A stretch of 62,764 bases of DNA from Elusimicrobiota bacterium (GTDB lineage Bacteria > Elusimicrobiota > Elusimicrobia > UBA1565 > UBA9628): contig JABEUV010000114.1 in NCBI GenBank assembly GCA_013044195.1, positions 1 to 62,764 on the forward strand, written 5' to 3'. Positions 26,964 to 35,786 of the stretch are shown piece after piece. How positions within the stretch are numbered: position 1 is the first letter of the stretch; every line of letters starts with the position of its first letter. A program made the translations under genes and the position numbers. Below the pieces are notes generated by a model. The model saw nothing but the letters and a program-made list of their open reading frames with translations. It did not search any database and was not told the DNA's origin.

Positions 26964-28052
26964 TCAGGCCTGCGCCGTCGGCAGAAGAACAGTGAACGCG
27001 GCGCCGCCCATTTCGGACGCGCCGGCCTCGATGCGCCCGCCGTGCGCGCGCGCGATGCGGTCGGCGATGGCCAGGCCCAGGCCGGTTCCCTGCGACTTCG
27101 TGGTCTTGAACGGTTGGAACAATTCGTCCCGGGAGGATTCGGCGACGCCCGGCCCGTCGTCTTCGACTCTCAGCAGGACGAAGCCCTCCCGGCGCCCCGT
27201 CGAGAGGCGAACGCGACCTTGGCCGGCGACCGCCTGCGCGGCGTTGAGCGCCAGGTTCCAGACGATTTGGCGGACCTGATCGGAGTCGAGTCGGAACGGG
27301 GCGAGCCCCGCGTCGAGCGCGGTCTCGATGCGGACGTCCGGCTGCCCTTCGGCGACGACGCGGGCGACGTCGCCGACCAGAACGTTGAGGTCGGCGCGCT
27401 CCAGGCGCAGGCTGCGCGGCCGCGCGTAGGCAAGGAAATTGGTCAGCGTCTCGTTGAGGCGGCGTCCCTCGTCGCGCAGAATCTGGAGCACGAGTTCGCG
27501 GTCCTCGCGCGGCAGGTTTTCGTTGGCGAGCTGGCGCGCGGCCATGGTGATCGAGCCAAGCGGGTTGCGGATTTCGTGGGCGACGACCGCCGCCATCTGC
27601 CCGAGTTGGGCGAGCGCCTCGGCTTGCGCGACGCGCTCCTGCAGGCTGCGCAATTCGCCGACTTCGACGCCGTTGGAGATGTAGCCGACGACCTCGCCGC
27701 GTTCGTCGCGTACGGCCGTGATCGTCAAGACGATCGGCACCTCGCGGCCGTCGCGCGCGCGGTTGACCAACTCGCCGCGCCAAAAGCCGAGGTTCGGATC
27801 GAGGATGCGGCCCCACATTTCCTTGTACGTCTCGTCGGTCGTGCGCTGGGAGCGGATCAGGCGCGGGTTTTGACCGACGGCCTCCTCTCGCGACCAGCCG
27901 TAGTGGCGCACGAACGCTTCATTGACGTCGCGGATGACGCCGTCGCGATCGCAGTAGAACATGACGTCGTTGGAGCGGCGGAAGGCTTGGTAGAGCGTCA
28001 GCGCCAGGGCATGTTCGTCCTGCGGGGAAGCTCTCGTCGCAGGATTGGTCAT
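26964..28052 (-). CDS. Cytoplasmic PAS-domain sensor histidine kinase
   Basis: PAS domain (DRDGVIRDVNEAF...), H-box VAHEIRNPL, and an HATPase G-box (GTGLGLAI). No TM segments. The stop is 2 nt from the regulator start. Confidence 0.9.
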   Translation of the reverse strand: MTNPATRASPQDEHALALTLYQAFRRSNDVMFYCDRDGVIRDVNEAFVRHYGWSREEAVGQNPRLIRSQRTTDETYKEMWGRILDPNLGFWRGELVNRARDGREVPIVLTITAVRDERGEVVGYISNGVEVGELRSLQERVAQAEALAQLGQMAAVVAHEIRNPLGSITMAARQLANENLPREDRELVLQILRDEGRRLNETLTNFLAYARPRSLRLERADLNVLVGDVARVVAEGQPDVRIETALDAGLAPFRLDSDQVRQIVWNLALNAAQAVAGQGRVRLSTGRREGFVLLRVEDDGPGVAESSRDELFQPFKTTKSQGTGLGLAIADRIARAHGGRIEAGASEMGGAAFTVLLPTAQA

Positions 28053-28087
28053 AATGTTGCTAGACTCAATATGAGGTTCGTGCTTAT

Positions 28088-28116
28088 ATTGTAGCGCTTC
28101 GCGAAAGCAAGACCAA
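28088..28116 (-). promoter_or_regulatory. Candidate sigma-70 promoter for the kinase/regulator operon (TTGGTC - 17 nt - TACAAT on the minus strand)
   Basis: The minus strand reads TTGGTC ttgctttcgcgaagcgc TACAAT, ending about 35 nt upstream of the ATG at 28052. It is in the 71-nt divergent gap shared with the rpoN-like gene. Confidence 0.4.
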
Positions 28117-28123
28117 GAATAAA

Positions 28124-29206
28124 ATGCGACAAGAAATGGGCGTTCGCGCGCAGCAGAAGCTGGCGGTTTTGGGACGCTTGCGCATGGCGGACTGGATTGA
28201 GATGCCGGAGCGCGAGTTCGCGCGCGAGATCGAGCGCGTCGAAAAGGACCCGCTGTTCCGGCGCCTTCACTACGGCGCGGACGGACTGCCGTCCGCCATC
28301 CGGCGGCGGCGCTGGCCCGGCGGCCGGCTGTCCTCAAGCTTCTACGGAGTCGATGAGTCCCGCATCGGCGCGGGCCAGCGCGTGGACGTGGAGGGCAGTC
28401 TCGACGCGCGCCGCGACGTCCTGCCGCTGATCCGTCGCATGGGCCGCGCCTCTTTCGAGCGCTACTTCCTGCACGGCGACGAGCCCGCGACCTTGCCTGA
28501 GATCGCGAAGCGCACGGGTCTCAGCGAAAGCGAGGTCGCGCGCGTCAACGATCTGCTTCTGGAGATCGGCGCGCAAGCCGAGTTCGCCGGCGCTCCGCGC
28601 GTCGCTCCGACCCAGCCCGGCGCGGCGTGCCTGGCGCGGCTCGCGCTTGAGGGGGACAAGATCGTCTTTGAATTCGCCTCGCCGTATTGGGCGCGCGGGC
28701 TCTATCAGGTTCGCTACGACGACATCGAGTCTTGGAAGTCCTCCGGCAACCTGACCGGGCCGGAGCGGCGGCGCTTGCGCCACCTGCTCAAGCGTTTGGA
28801 AACGTTGAACCTGCGCCAGAGCACGATCTTCCGCATACTCGAGTCGTTCTCGGCGATCCAGGCCGATTTCCTGCGCAGCCGCGACCCCGCCGACCTGCGT
28901 CCGGTCAGCCTGCGCCTTCTGGCCCGCCGCCTGGACCTGGCGCCGAGCACCGTCAGCCGCGCTCTGGCGCGGCGCACGCTGCGCCTGCCTTGGGGTCCGG
29001 AGGTGCCGATGATTTCTTTCGTGCCGGGGCAGCGCCGGGTTCTCAAGGAACTGCTTTCCGGATGGCTGCGCGAGAATCCCGATAAAACCGACGCGGACTT
29101 CGCGCGGCGCTTCAAGGTGGAGCGCGGCATCGACATCTCGCGGCGCACGGTCAATGCGGTGCGCCATGCGCTGACGCGCGAGTCGGGGGTGCTTTCTGAA
29201 TCCTGA
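28124..29206 (+). CDS. rpoN: Compact sigma-54 family factor (RpoN-like, 360 aa)
   Basis: Region I-like N-terminus MRQEMGVRAQQKLAVLGRLRM...EKDPLF, core-binding-like LETLNLRQSTIFRILESFSAIQADFL, HTH LDLAPSTVSRALARR, and an RpoN-box-like ISRRTVNAVRHAL. Much shorter than typical RpoN of about 480 aa. Confidence 0.75.
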   Translation: MRQEMGVRAQQKLAVLGRLRMADWIEMPEREFAREIERVEKDPLFRRLHYGADGLPSAIRRRRWPGGRLSSSFYGVDESRIGAGQRVDVEGSLDARRDVLPLIRRMGRASFERYFLHGDEPATLPEIAKRTGLSESEVARVNDLLLEIGAQAEFAGAPRVAPTQPGAACLARLALEGDKIVFEFASPYWARGLYQVRYDDIESWKSSGNLTGPERRRLRHLLKRLETLNLRQSTIFRILESFSAIQADFLRSRDPADLRPVSLRLLARRLDLAPSTVSRALARRTLRLPWGPEVPMISFVPGQRRVLKELLSGWLRENPDKTDADFARRFKVERGIDISRRTVNAVRHALTRESGVLSES

Positions 29207-29243
29207 ATCCGCTCCCCGACGGACGGCCACGGCGCGCGACGCG

Positions 29244-29639
29244 ATGCGCCCGCTGGCGCTCGTCCTGCGCGAATCCGACGACGCTTGGACCGCGGCCAAA
29301 AGCCTGTTCGACGGAGGGCAGGCGGGCGCTCCGGTCGTGGACACCGAAGGGCGGTTGACCGGAGTCCTGTCGCAGTCGGACCTGGCCGCTTACCTGCGCG
29401 AGCGTTCCCAGCGGGCCGCGGACTTCTACGCCGAGCCGGACCGCGACCCGGGCCAGACGCGGCCCCCCGCCCGTGTCGGCCAGCTTATGTCGCGCCTGCT
29501 CGTCTTGGTGCCCGAGGACATGGCGCTTGAGGAAGTCGAGCGGCACATGCTGCGCCGCCGCGTCCAGCGCGTGCTGGTGACGCGCGACGGGTGCGCGTTG
29601 GGCGTGATCTCCGCCCTCGACCTCCTGCGCTCGCGCTGA
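29244..29639 (+). CDS. CBS-pair domain protein
   Basis: 131 aa with two CBS motifs (APVVDTEGRLTGVLSQSDL; VLVTRDGCALGVISALDLL). Confidence 0.85.
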   Translation: MRPLALVLRESDDAWTAAKSLFDGGQAGAPVVDTEGRLTGVLSQSDLAAYLRERSQRAADFYAEPDRDPGQTRPPARVGQLMSRLLVLVPEDMALEEVERHMLRRRVQRVLVTRDGCALGVISALDLLRSR

Positions 29640-29652
29640 GCGTCGCGGCCGC

Positions 29653-30147
29653 TCAGGCCTGTTGGGGCGCGTCCGACTTGAGTCCCGGCCCCGGCCGATA
29701 CCCCGCGTGGAGCGCGAGGAACTCGCGCACGGCCTGCGACGCGATCGATTCGGCGACGGTGAAATCGGCCGCGGTGTTCGCCCGGCGGTCGCCGCAGACC
29801 GCGCAGGACCATTCTTCGGCGGAGCGGCCGTCGACGACGCCGCTGGAGAGCTTCATCGGGCGCAGGCACTTAGAGCAATGCGGCACCCCCGCGGAAACCG
29901 AAACGATCAGCTTGCGCCGCTCGTCGATGCTGAGTTCGGGAAACCACAGCAGAGCGAACGCGGTTTGGCGGGATTGATAAAGCCGCGGGGGAGCCTCCGG
30001 CGGAGGCCGGTTCTTCTCCGCGATCAGCGCGCGCTCCAGCGCCTCGACCTCGCGGCGAAGTCGAGACGTCCGTCGGGCGAGCGCCGCGCAGGCGGCGGCC
30101 AGCAGAGCGGCCAGCGCCGCGAGGCCGACCGTCGATTCGAAGGCCAT
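29653..30147 (-). CDS. Membrane-anchored protein with CxxC...CxxC zinc-ribbon-like motif
   Basis: MAFESTVGLAALAALLAAACAAL is a TM anchor. It is followed by a coiled-coil segment, then CSKC...CAVC. The track ORF starts at TTG 30183; the ATG at 30147 is preferred. Confidence 0.5.
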   Translation of the reverse strand: MAFESTVGLAALAALLAAACAALARRTSRLRREVEALERALIAEKNRPPPEAPPRLYQSRQTAFALLWFPELSIDERRKLIVSVSAGVPHCSKCLRPMKLSSGVVDGRSAEEWSCAVCGDRRANTAADFTVAESIASQAVREFLALHAGYRPGPGLKSDAPQQA

Positions 30148-30200
30148 ACGCCTTAGCGTAGCCCGGATGTCGGGTCCTTGCAAGGGGGCCGGTACGCACG

Positions 30201-30231
30201 ACGGCCGGGCGCCGACGACGCGCCCGGCCGT
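30201..30231. other. GC-rich 11-bp perfect hairpin between two minus-strand genes
   Basis: ACGGCCGGGCG (30201-30211), a 9-nt loop, CGCCCGGCCGT (30221-30231). No U-run on either strand, so terminator function is uncertain. Confidence 0.5.
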
Positions 30232-30250
30232 CTGACGAACGGACGACGAG

Positions 30251-31657
30251 TTAGAAGCCGACTTCGAACTGCACCGACACGCGGTCGCCCAGCGGCGCCA
30301 GCGTCGCGCTGTTGGCGGCCAGCGTCGGCTGGTAGAGCACCGTGCTGTTTTGGTAGTCCCGCTTCGTGTCCACCGAGTACTCGATGAAGCCCTTGAGGTT
30401 GGGCGTGAAGTAGTGCGCCAACTGGGCCGTCACGTAGTTGAACTGTTGCGTACCGTTGTAGGTCGTCAGCCAGTTCTCGCGCACCAGCGGCACCAGGAAC
30501 GGCGTGTCTTCTCCGTGGCGCTTGTAGTAGTAGGCAAGCTCCGCGTAGGCGGCCTTGTTGGTGTCGTTGAGCTGATAGACGCTGTCGTAGTCGTGGCTGT
30601 ACAGGAAGGCCCCGCGCGCGGCGAAGCCGTTGTACTCCCACAGCGCGTCGAAGCCGCCGCGCTGGAACTGTTCAAGCTCCGTTCCGTTGCCCACGCCTCC
30701 GGGCAGGAAATTGCCGCCCAGGCCGCCGGCGGCGGTGGGGCGCTCCTGGCCGTAGGAACCGAAGGTTCCGATCATGATGCCGTTGCCGTTGTCGAGCGCC
30801 AGGCGGATGTTGCCGTTGGTCGGTGCGCTGCCCTGAACGCCGGTGTTGCTGTCCTTTGAGGCGCCGGCGGCATAATACAGGAACGAATCGCCGCGCAGGT
30901 TGACCTGGCCGTTGACGCCCACCAACTGCTGCATGGTCAGCATCGTGTTGCCGCTGATGGATCCCTGCCCTTGCATCAGCAGGTCGGTGGCGCGGTTGGC
31001 GATGGTCGGCGTCTCATTGGAGACGATGGTCTGATACGGATCGTCGGCGAAGAAGTTTCGCCGCGCCATGATGACGTTCATCCACTGGAACGGGTGCCAG
31101 CCCAGCCGGATGTCGCCCATGCCCGGAGTAAAGCCGCCCGGCGCGTTGGCGTCGAGCTCGCCCAGGTAGGAGATGTGGCGCGCCACGTCGCCGCCGGCGA
31201 TGAAGGCGTCCACGTCGTTGATCGGCTGGGACTGGAAGCCGTTCGGGTTCGGACCCGCCGTGCCGCCCATCTGAGCGCCTTGGCTGGACATGTTGCCGTG
31301 GCCGTTATCGATGGGCCGCGCGCGCACGATCACCGCCCACGGCGTCATGGCCTCGGTCCACAGGCTGCCGTCCTGGCTCTTGAGCACGCCGTCGCTGCCG
31401 TCGCGCTCGCGCACGAAGCCGTTCATCTTGAACTGGCGGCCGTAGGCGTTGAGCACGGGGTAGCCGGCGTGGCACTGGGAACAGGACATCTTGTACTTGC
31501 GGGCGAACGAAGGCAGGGCTTCGGCCTGATCGACGCCGTCGGGCCGGACGGGGCAACGATGCATCAGACGGCTGATCGCGGGCGGAGCGATCCAGGCGGC
31601 GGCCAGGGCGGCGGCGACAAGCGCGCCCCGGGCGGCGCTGTGACGATTTAGACTCAT
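30251..31657 (-). CDS. Outer-membrane beta-barrel (porin-like) protein with an N-terminal CxxCH motif
   Basis: ATG at 31657 follows AAAGGAG. Signal peptide, then KMSCSQCHAGYPVLNAYGRQFKMNGF near the mature N-terminus. Alternating beta-strand pattern, ending ...VSVQFEVGF. Confidence 0.72.
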   Translation of the reverse strand: MSLNRHSAARGALVAAALAAAWIAPPAISRLMHRCPVRPDGVDQAEALPSFARKYKMSCSQCHAGYPVLNAYGRQFKMNGFVRERDGSDGVLKSQDGSLWTEAMTPWAVIVRARPIDNGHGNMSSQGAQMGGTAGPNPNGFQSQPINDVDAFIAGGDVARHISYLGELDANAPGGFTPGMGDIRLGWHPFQWMNVIMARRNFFADDPYQTIVSNETPTIANRATDLLMQGQGSISGNTMLTMQQLVGVNGQVNLRGDSFLYYAAGASKDSNTGVQGSAPTNGNIRLALDNGNGIMIGTFGSYGQERPTAAGGLGGNFLPGGVGNGTELEQFQRGGFDALWEYNGFAARGAFLYSHDYDSVYQLNDTNKAAYAELAYYYKRHGEDTPFLVPLVRENWLTTYNGTQQFNYVTAQLAHYFTPNLKGFIEYSVDTKRDYQNSTVLYQPTLAANSATLAPLGDRVSVQFEVGF

Positions 31658-31879
31658 GAATGATCTCCTTTGGATACGGGCTTGCCGCCGCATACGGCGA
31701 GCGGTCGACTATCGTTACGCAACGATTCGTCCGAACAAGGGTTTTTTAAGGTGCATCGCGCAGGAATTATGCAAATTTTTCTATTCTTGAGCGGCGGATT
31801 TTTTCGCGGAAGGCGCTGAAGCGCAAGGTCGTCTTCGGATGGACCGCGGCGACGCGGCGGCGCATGATGTCTCCGGCGT

Positions 31880-33019
31880 TTATGGAAATTCCTTCGCGAC
31901 GGCCCTGGGAAGAAGGACGGAGAAGCGGCTGCCTTCGCCCGGCGTCGACTCGACGCGGATGTCTCCGTTCATCGCGGACAGGGCGCGGCGGCAGAAAGCC
32001 AAGCCCAAGCCCGTGCCCTTCGTTCGTCCTTGCCGGCGCGCCTGCGCCTGGTGGTAGCGGTCGAAGAGAAGCGGAAGCTCTTCTTCGGGGATTCCGGGAC
32101 CATTGTCCGTCACATGGAAAAGAATGACGTCCGGCGACGCCGCGTCCAGAGAAAGCTCCACGCGGCCTCCTTCCGGCGTATACTTTATGGCGTTGTCGAG
32201 AAGATTCTGTAGAATCCGCTCCAAGAGGGATTCGTCGGCCAGCACGCGCGCGGGGTCCGTCGCGCGCACGGTCAGCGACACGCCGCGCGAGCGCGCCAGC
32301 GGCTCCTGGTCCGCCGCGCAGCGCGCGGCGACCTCCGCGCCGTCGAGTTCCCGCGCCTCGACCGGCATCAGTCCCGCGTCGAGCTTGGCGACGTCCAGGT
32401 AAAGGTCGAGGAGTTCGGCCATGCGGCGGCAGTTCGCCACGCCGATGCGCAGGTTCTCGGCGTCGAGCGTCACCGGCGCGCCGCCCTGCGCGTCGTCCTG
32501 GAGGGACGCCAGCACGGCTTGGATGCTCGTCAGCGGATTGCGCAGGTCGTGGGCGAGCATGTGGCGCCAATCCGCGCGCTCCGTCTCCAGGCGCTCCTGG
32601 GCCGTGGCGTCCTCGATGATGGTCAGCCGCTTGCCCGGATGCGCGCGGTCAAGCCAAGCCGTCGCGGTCTTCAGGCAGCGCACGCGCAGGCTTTTGCGCT
32701 CATCGACCCGGGAGATCGCGTCGTCGCGCCACGCGAAGAACGGCTTGGCGCCGTAGCGGCCTTGGAAGGTCGCCGCCGTCGCGGAGCTCCCGGCCTTCTT
32801 CAGCGCGCAGGCGCGAGCGCAGTCGTCTCCGTCCGGGCACGTCAGGCGCGCGCAGAGAAGGTCGCAGAGGGACGCCTCGCCGATTTGATCGAGACCGAAG
32901 CCTAAAAGACGCTCGGCGGGCGGGTTGAGATAAAGGATGCGGCCGTTGTCGTCGGACAGGCAGATGCCGTCGGTGAGCTGATCAAATAGAGGCAACAGCG
33001 CCGCGGCGTTTTCACTCAC
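31880..33019 (-). CDS. PAS-domain sensor histidine kinase with a Cys-rich PAS region
   Basis: PAS domain (DDNGRILYLNPPAERLLG) containing CDLLCARLTCPDGDDCARAC. H-box LAHDLRNPL and an HATPase domain. Confidence 0.9.
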   Translation of the reverse strand: MSENAAALLPLFDQLTDGICLSDDNGRILYLNPPAERLLGFGLDQIGEASLCDLLCARLTCPDGDDCARACALKKAGSSATAATFQGRYGAKPFFAWRDDAISRVDERKSLRVRCLKTATAWLDRAHPGKRLTIIEDATAQERLETERADWRHMLAHDLRNPLTSIQAVLASLQDDAQGGAPVTLDAENLRIGVANCRRMAELLDLYLDVAKLDAGLMPVEARELDGAEVAARCAADQEPLARSRGVSLTVRATDPARVLADESLLERILQNLLDNAIKYTPEGGRVELSLDAASPDVILFHVTDNGPGIPEEELPLLFDRYHQAQARRQGRTKGTGLGLAFCRRALSAMNGDIRVESTPGEGSRFSVLLPRAVAKEFP

Positions 33020-33842
33020 GGCCGCCTCCCGAAGCCGCGGCGGGAATGGCGAGTACCGGAATCGGAGAGAAGCGCGCCAGGCGTTCGGCCGTGGTTCCCA
33101 GGACCATGTCGCCGAGCAGCGATTTGGGGCGGGCGAGAAGAACCATTAAATCACGACCGCGCGTAGCCCTTAAAATCGTCGGGACGGGCCGGCCGAGCTT
33201 GACCTCGGCCGTCGGATGAGTGTCGCGGCGCACGTTCTTCGGCAGGCGGCGCAGACGAGCGGAAAGCAGGCGTTCCGGATTCGTGCCGAAGATGGGATCC
33301 TCGATGACGTGGAGGACGTCGAGCCGGGCCTTGAACGCGCGCGCGACAAGCCCCGCGGCGAGCAATCCGCGCGCGGCGTCGCGGTCCTCGGCGATGGGCG
33401 CCAGCACGCGCCGGGGCGGGCGGAAGTTTTTACGCACCACGAGCACGGGCGCCGGGGACTCGCGGATGACCGACTCCGCGACCGAACCGAGTAACGCGCG
33501 CAGGAGCCCGCGCCGTCCGTGCGTGCCCACGACGACGAGGTCCGCTCCGCGCCGGCGCGCGACGCGCGCAATCAGCGTCGCGGGCTCGCCGTAGCCCGCG
33601 TGCAGCGGCAGGTCGCCGGTCACGCGCAAGCGCAGGTTTCGGACGGTGCGTCGCAGGTTTTCGCGGTCTTCCGCGTAGGGTCCGTAGGCGAAGAGCTCCG
33701 CGGTGAGAGGGGCCTCGCAGTAGACGGCTTCCAGCGACGCATGGCAACGACGCGCCAGCAACTTGGCCGCGCGCAACGCGCGCGCGGAGGCGTCGGAGAA
33801 ATCGACGGCGACGAGGATGCGGCGAGGTGGAAAGCGCAACAT
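33012..33842 (-). CDS. Tandem universal stress protein (two UspA domains)
   Basis: RILVAVDFSDAS..., DLVVVGTHGRRGL...GSVAES, and a second Usp repeat. Overlaps the downstream kinase gene by 8 nt. Confidence 0.9.
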   Translation of the reverse strand: MLRFPPRRILVAVDFSDASARALRAAKLLARRCHASLEAVYCEAPLTAELFAYGPYAEDRENLRRTVRNLRLRVTGDLPLHAGYGEPATLIARVARRRGADLVVVGTHGRRGLLRALLGSVAESVIRESPAPVLVVRKNFRPPRRVLAPIAEDRDAARGLLAAGLVARAFKARLDVLHVIEDPIFGTNPERLLSARLRRLPKNVRRDTHPTAEVKLGRPVPTILRATRGRDLMVLLARPKSLLGDMVLGTTAERLARFSPIPVLAIPAAASGGGRE

Positions 33843-33898
33843 AACCCTCCTCCGGACGGCATTGATTGTGAATGCAATGAAAATGCCAATTATAACTC

Positions 33899-33914
33899 AG
33901 GCGCTTCCGTTGCG
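33899..33914 (+). promoter_or_regulatory. Candidate sigma-54 promoter aGGCGC-ttccg-TTGCg
   Basis: GG at 33900-33901 and GC at 33912-33913. It lies 35 nt upstream of the ATG at 33948, with GGAGG in between. An AT-rich tract (ATTGATTGTGAATGCAATGAAAATGCCAATTATAA) is just upstream. Confidence 0.35.
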
Positions 33915-33947
33915 CCCTTGTTCTTCGACGGGTCCGGAGGTGGCGCC

Positions 33948-34358
33948 ATGGCGACTCACGTCGGGGCGGACGGACGCACGGAGGTGCGCGCGCGGCTGAT
34001 CCGGCTGGTTGCGCTTTTGGGCCGCGCCGAAGGCGTGGGCTGGGACGACCAGACGCGGGTGGATGTGCGCAGCCTGTGCGCCCGGGAGCGGCGTCTGCGC
34101 GAGGCCTTGCGCCGCCACGGCAAAAAAGACGGCGCCCTGGCGCGGACGCTGGCGTCCCGCGGCGACTTGGAGGACGCCGGCACCTTGGACCGCCAACGCG
34201 AGTCGATCGAAAACGAGGCGCGTTTGTTGGGCGCGCTGACCGGTCTCTGCGACGGCCGCCACGTGTATGCGGTGCGCGGCGTCGTCTCCAGGCTCGCCGA
34301 GGACGTGCAGAAGCATCTGGAATTCCACGAGAATCTGCAGTCGCGGGGGGCTTTATGA
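33948..34358 (+). CDS. Hypothetical protein (136 aa)
   Basis: The ATG at 33948 is preceded by GGAGG. The stop overlaps the next start (ATGA). No family recognised. Confidence 0.5.
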   Translation: MATHVGADGRTEVRARLIRLVALLGRAEGVGWDDQTRVDVRSLCARERRLREALRRHGKKDGALARTLASRGDLEDAGTLDRQRESIENEARLLGALTGLCDGRHVYAVRGVVSRLAEDVQKHLEFHENLQSRGAL

Positions 34359-34873
34359 GCGTGATCGCGGCGCTGGCGCACGAGCATCGCGTATTTTTAC
34401 GCATGATCGACCGCATCGAGCGGACGTTGTCCCGCACGGAGGCGGAGGGGCGCGCGTACGCCCGCGTCGACCTGCTGGTCTTTCTGACGGCGTTGGAGCG
34501 CCACGAGGAGATCGAGGCGGAGGCTTTCGCCGATCCTCCGGACTCGTCCGACGAGGGGACGTCTCAGGCCGCCGCGGAGTCGAGCCGCGAGCACGCCGAA
34601 ATCGACGTCCTGCGCGACGAGATCCGCGGCATGCTGGAGGAGTCCTCCGGTTCGTGGGAGCATTTTTCTTCGCGCGCGCGGGAACTGACCGCGCGGCTGA
34701 GGCGTCACTTCGAAATCGAGGAGCAGAATATCTGGCCGCGCTACGCGCACGCCGCCGGCCGTTCCCGGGCGCGGGCGCTCGCGCGGCGCGTCGACGAGCG
34801 GGTGAAACGGCTGGAGCGCGAACTGGAGCTGGAGCGCGAGGATGCCGTGGATTATCTCGACGGCCGGCGTTGA
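34355..34873 (+). CDS. Hemerythrin-like (HHE cation-binding) domain protein
   Basis: Spaced His/Glu motifs: AHEHRVF, ERHEEIEAE, REHAEID, RRHFEIEEQNIWP. Confidence 0.75.
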   Translation: MSVIAALAHEHRVFLRMIDRIERTLSRTEAEGRAYARVDLLVFLTALERHEEIEAEAFADPPDSSDEGTSQAAAESSREHAEIDVLRDEIRGMLEESSGSWEHFSSRARELTARLRRHFEIEEQNIWPRYAHAAGRSRARALARRVDERVKRLERELELEREDAVDYLDGRR

Positions 34874-34913
34874 CGGCCGTCGGCCGGGAAGGCGCGCCCG
34901 CGGCGTCTCCGGG

Positions 34914-35234
34914 TCAGGCTTCGGGGCTGGGAACGACGAGCAGCGGAGCGTCGAGCAGGCGCATGACCCGCTCCGTCGTTGAACTGAACAGCGTCCCGAA
35001 CGCGGACTGGGTGCGCCGCGCGCCCATGACCACCAGGTCCGCGCGCCGGTCTCGGGCGGCGCGCAGGACGGCGTCCGCCGGGTCGGCCGCGACGGCGATC
35101 TCCACGACTTCGCAGAGCCGGCGCAGGTCCGCGCGGTTCCAGGGGCAGTCGGCCGCGGCGAGTATCCGCCGTGGCGGGAAACGGCCGACGGCGAGTCGTC
35201 GCGAGGCGCTCTCGCGCGGAGTCTTCTCGATCAT
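34914..35234 (-). CDS. Short universal-stress-protein-like protein
   Basis: The 106-aa C-terminal half matches the Usp hallmark DLVVMGARR...G..FSSTTERVMRLLDAPLLVV. The N-terminal part is shorter than canonical. Confidence 0.55.
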   Translation of the reverse strand: MIEKTPRESASRRLAVGRFPPRRILAAADCPWNRADLRRLCEVVEIAVAADPADAVLRAARDRRADLVVMGARRTQSAFGTLFSSTTERVMRLLDAPLLVVPSPEA

Positions 35235-35334
35235 GGCGTGGCCTCCGAGGTACTGTTGTATTGATGCCGCGCGGCGCGAAAGGATTCTCCCGGGGCGCGG
35301 GCCGCAGACGCCTCGGCGCGCTTTCTCGGCCGTC

Positions 35335-35661
35335 CTACGCGAACTGATCGTCGCGCCGCACGACGAACTCGTGCGGCTCCGCGCTGACCGCGAAGCCTTC
35401 GGCGGTGACGAAGCGGGCGACGGCCTCGTGCTCGCCTTCGTCGTAGCCCGACCAGTCGAACCACCAGTAGCCGACGGCCGGGCGGCACGGCCGCCAATCG
35501 CCTTGGTCGACGGCGATCTCGACGGAGCGGGCGCTCTCGGGGGCGCTGATGCGGAACGTGTAGGTCATGCCGACGATCGTCTGGTATTGGCGCGGAAAGT
35601 CGACCGACAACTGGGTGCGCGCGGACGGCGGGGCGGTCTTCTCAAGCGTCGCGGTGGTCAT
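35335..35661 (-). CDS. Small Ig-like/E-set (CBM48-like) domain protein
   Basis: YTFRISAPESARSVEIAVDQGDWRPC resembles the N-terminal E-set/glycogen-binding modules of GH13 enzymes. 108 aa. Confidence 0.45.
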   Translation of the reverse strand: MTTATLEKTAPPSARTQLSVDFPRQYQTIVGMTYTFRISAPESARSVEIAVDQGDWRPCRPAVGYWWFDWSGYDEGEHEAVARFVTAEGFAVSAEPHEFVVRRDDQFA

Positions 35662-35786
35662 GGCGTGCCCTCCCTATGAGCCCGGCCTAAGTCGTTCATG
35701 GAGGTTGCAACGCCTCGGCCGCGCGCGCTCCGGACGCCGCGGTGCGTGTGATTCGATCGACGTCGTTTTGCTAGATTGGAGCCGCT

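Noticed and set aside
25747-27816. 689-aa ORF suggesting a much longer sigma-54 activator. The extended versions of the kinase (to 28337), the small radical-SAM protein (to 25817), hemA (from 21360) and DUF59 (to 44371) are similar cases.
   Set aside because: The upstream extensions are Arg/Pro-rich nonsense overlapping the neighbouring real gene. Internal ATGs with Shine-Dalgarno sequences give proteins that start exactly where the families start.
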